From a virus (lineage: Duplodnaviria; Caudoviricetes), in the IMG/VR virus record IMGVR_UViG_3300043781_000072, positions 1 through 26,015 of that record: DNA of 26,015 nt; one strand, given 5' to 3'. How positions within the stretch are numbered: the first letter of the stretch is position 1; each line of letters begins with the position of its first letter. Under the pieces are notes generated by a model. The model was not told where the DNA came from, searched no databases, and saw only the letters and a program-made list of their open reading frames with translations. The translations under genes were made by a program, and so were the position numbers. Positions 25,299-26,015 of the stretch are shown here, piece after piece.

Positions 25299-26015
25299 AC
25301 TTATTATTGAGGCGGATGGGAGACAAGCTGTTGCAACGGTAGGGGAACTAAAAGAGAAGATTCAAGAAACTTCAAATACAGGAAAGCAGTCAAAGTTGAA
25401 AGATATATTTACTGGATTTTCCCAAGAAGGGCAAAAAGCAAATAATTTGTTAGGGACTTTTCGCGATAAACTTTCGTTTGGTGCAATTGCCGGAGCGGCT
25501 TCCTCTGCTGTCCAAACTTTAACAGGTGGAATCGGCGGATTGATCTCTGAAGCTGCAAGCGCCAGCGATGCGATGGACAAATTCAAGTCAACTATGAAGT
25601 TCGCTGGTTTTAATCAAGGAGATATCGATAAGGCCTCTAAATCCGTAAAAAAATATGCGGATGATACGGTGTATGATTTAACGGATGTAGCGAATACGAC
25701 GCTCAGCTAGCCGCAAATGGGATTAAAGATTATACAGGATTAACTCAAGCTGCTGGAAACTTAAATGCGGTAGCTGGTGGAAACAAAGATACTTTTAAAA
25801 GTGTTGCCATGGTTTTAACGCAAACTGCTGGGGCGGGGAAACTTACAACAGAAAATTGGAATCAATTAGCAGATGCAATTCCTGGGGCAAGCGGCATGTT
25901 GCAGGAAGAGATGAGGAAAAATGGTGCCTACACTGGAAATTTTCGTGAAGCAATGGAAAAAGGGGAAATCAGCGCGGATGAATTTAACCAAGCGATTTCT
26001 AACCTGGGATGGACA
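25279..26015 (+). pseudogene. Tape measure protein N-terminus, broken by a 1-nt deletion near 25700 (real lesion or sequencing error); runs off the window
   Basis: MADGTVKL...YADDTVYDLTDVANTT stops at TAG 25708-25710. The -1 frame from 25701 continues AQLAANGIKDY...AGKLTTENWNQLADAIPGA to the window end. Confidence 0.85.

Larger units (their letters stand above)
1..26015. mobile_element. Temperate siphovirus prophage (partial: integrase to start of tape measure), A118/SPP1-like structural module
   Basis: Canonical lysogeny-replication-packaging-head-tail gene order across the whole window. No att site or lysis genes are inside the window. Confidence 0.97.

Noticed and set aside
254-25586. Many shadow ORFs in the track (e.g. 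254-472, 3277-3606, 4021-4350, 8482-8778, 11647-12081, 18974-19321)
   Set aside because: They lie antisense or out of frame within well-supported genes and show no recognisable motifs.
25695-25710. Programmed frameshift in the tape measure gene
   Set aside because: No X XXY YYZ heptamer or evident stimulator, and the break falls within a conserved domain.
1-26015. tRNA, rRNA, IS elements, introns, reverse transcriptase, Bro/Ant antirepressor, DnaC-like loader
   Set aside because: None was recognised by eye. Their absence was not confirmed computationally.

Overview
The whole window is the left ~26 kb of a temperate siphovirus prophage of a low-GC Firmicute, most like Enterococcus/Listeria A118-type phages; the host is inferred from gene families only. 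Gene order: tyrosine integrase; four leftward AT-rich accessory genes; ImmA-type peptidase and CI-like repressor facing a divergent Cro, with five GTAM-N8-TTAC operators; an early operon interrupted by reverse-oriented cargo genes; YqaJ/RecT recombination, replication initiator, DUF1064 nuclease and SSB; a RinA/ArpU-like late activator; then terS, terL, portal, minor capsid, scaffold, major capsid, head-tail, tail tube, chaperones and the start of a frameshifted tape measure gene. Main points of interest: (1) two repeat-bounded cassettes after cro, each a forward ORF overlapping tail-to-tail a reverse gene with its own promoter (a Cas2/VapD-like protein and a TIGR02391 HEPN protein); (2) two tiny ORF-less antisense transcription units; (3) a MuF-type toxin extension on the minor capsid followed by a probable immunity gene; (4) a -1 frameshift signal adding an Ig-like domain to the capsid; (5) a 42-aa basic peptide gene, missed by the ORF track, with NrdR-like boxes. 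All family calls come from motif recognition by eye, not database searches.
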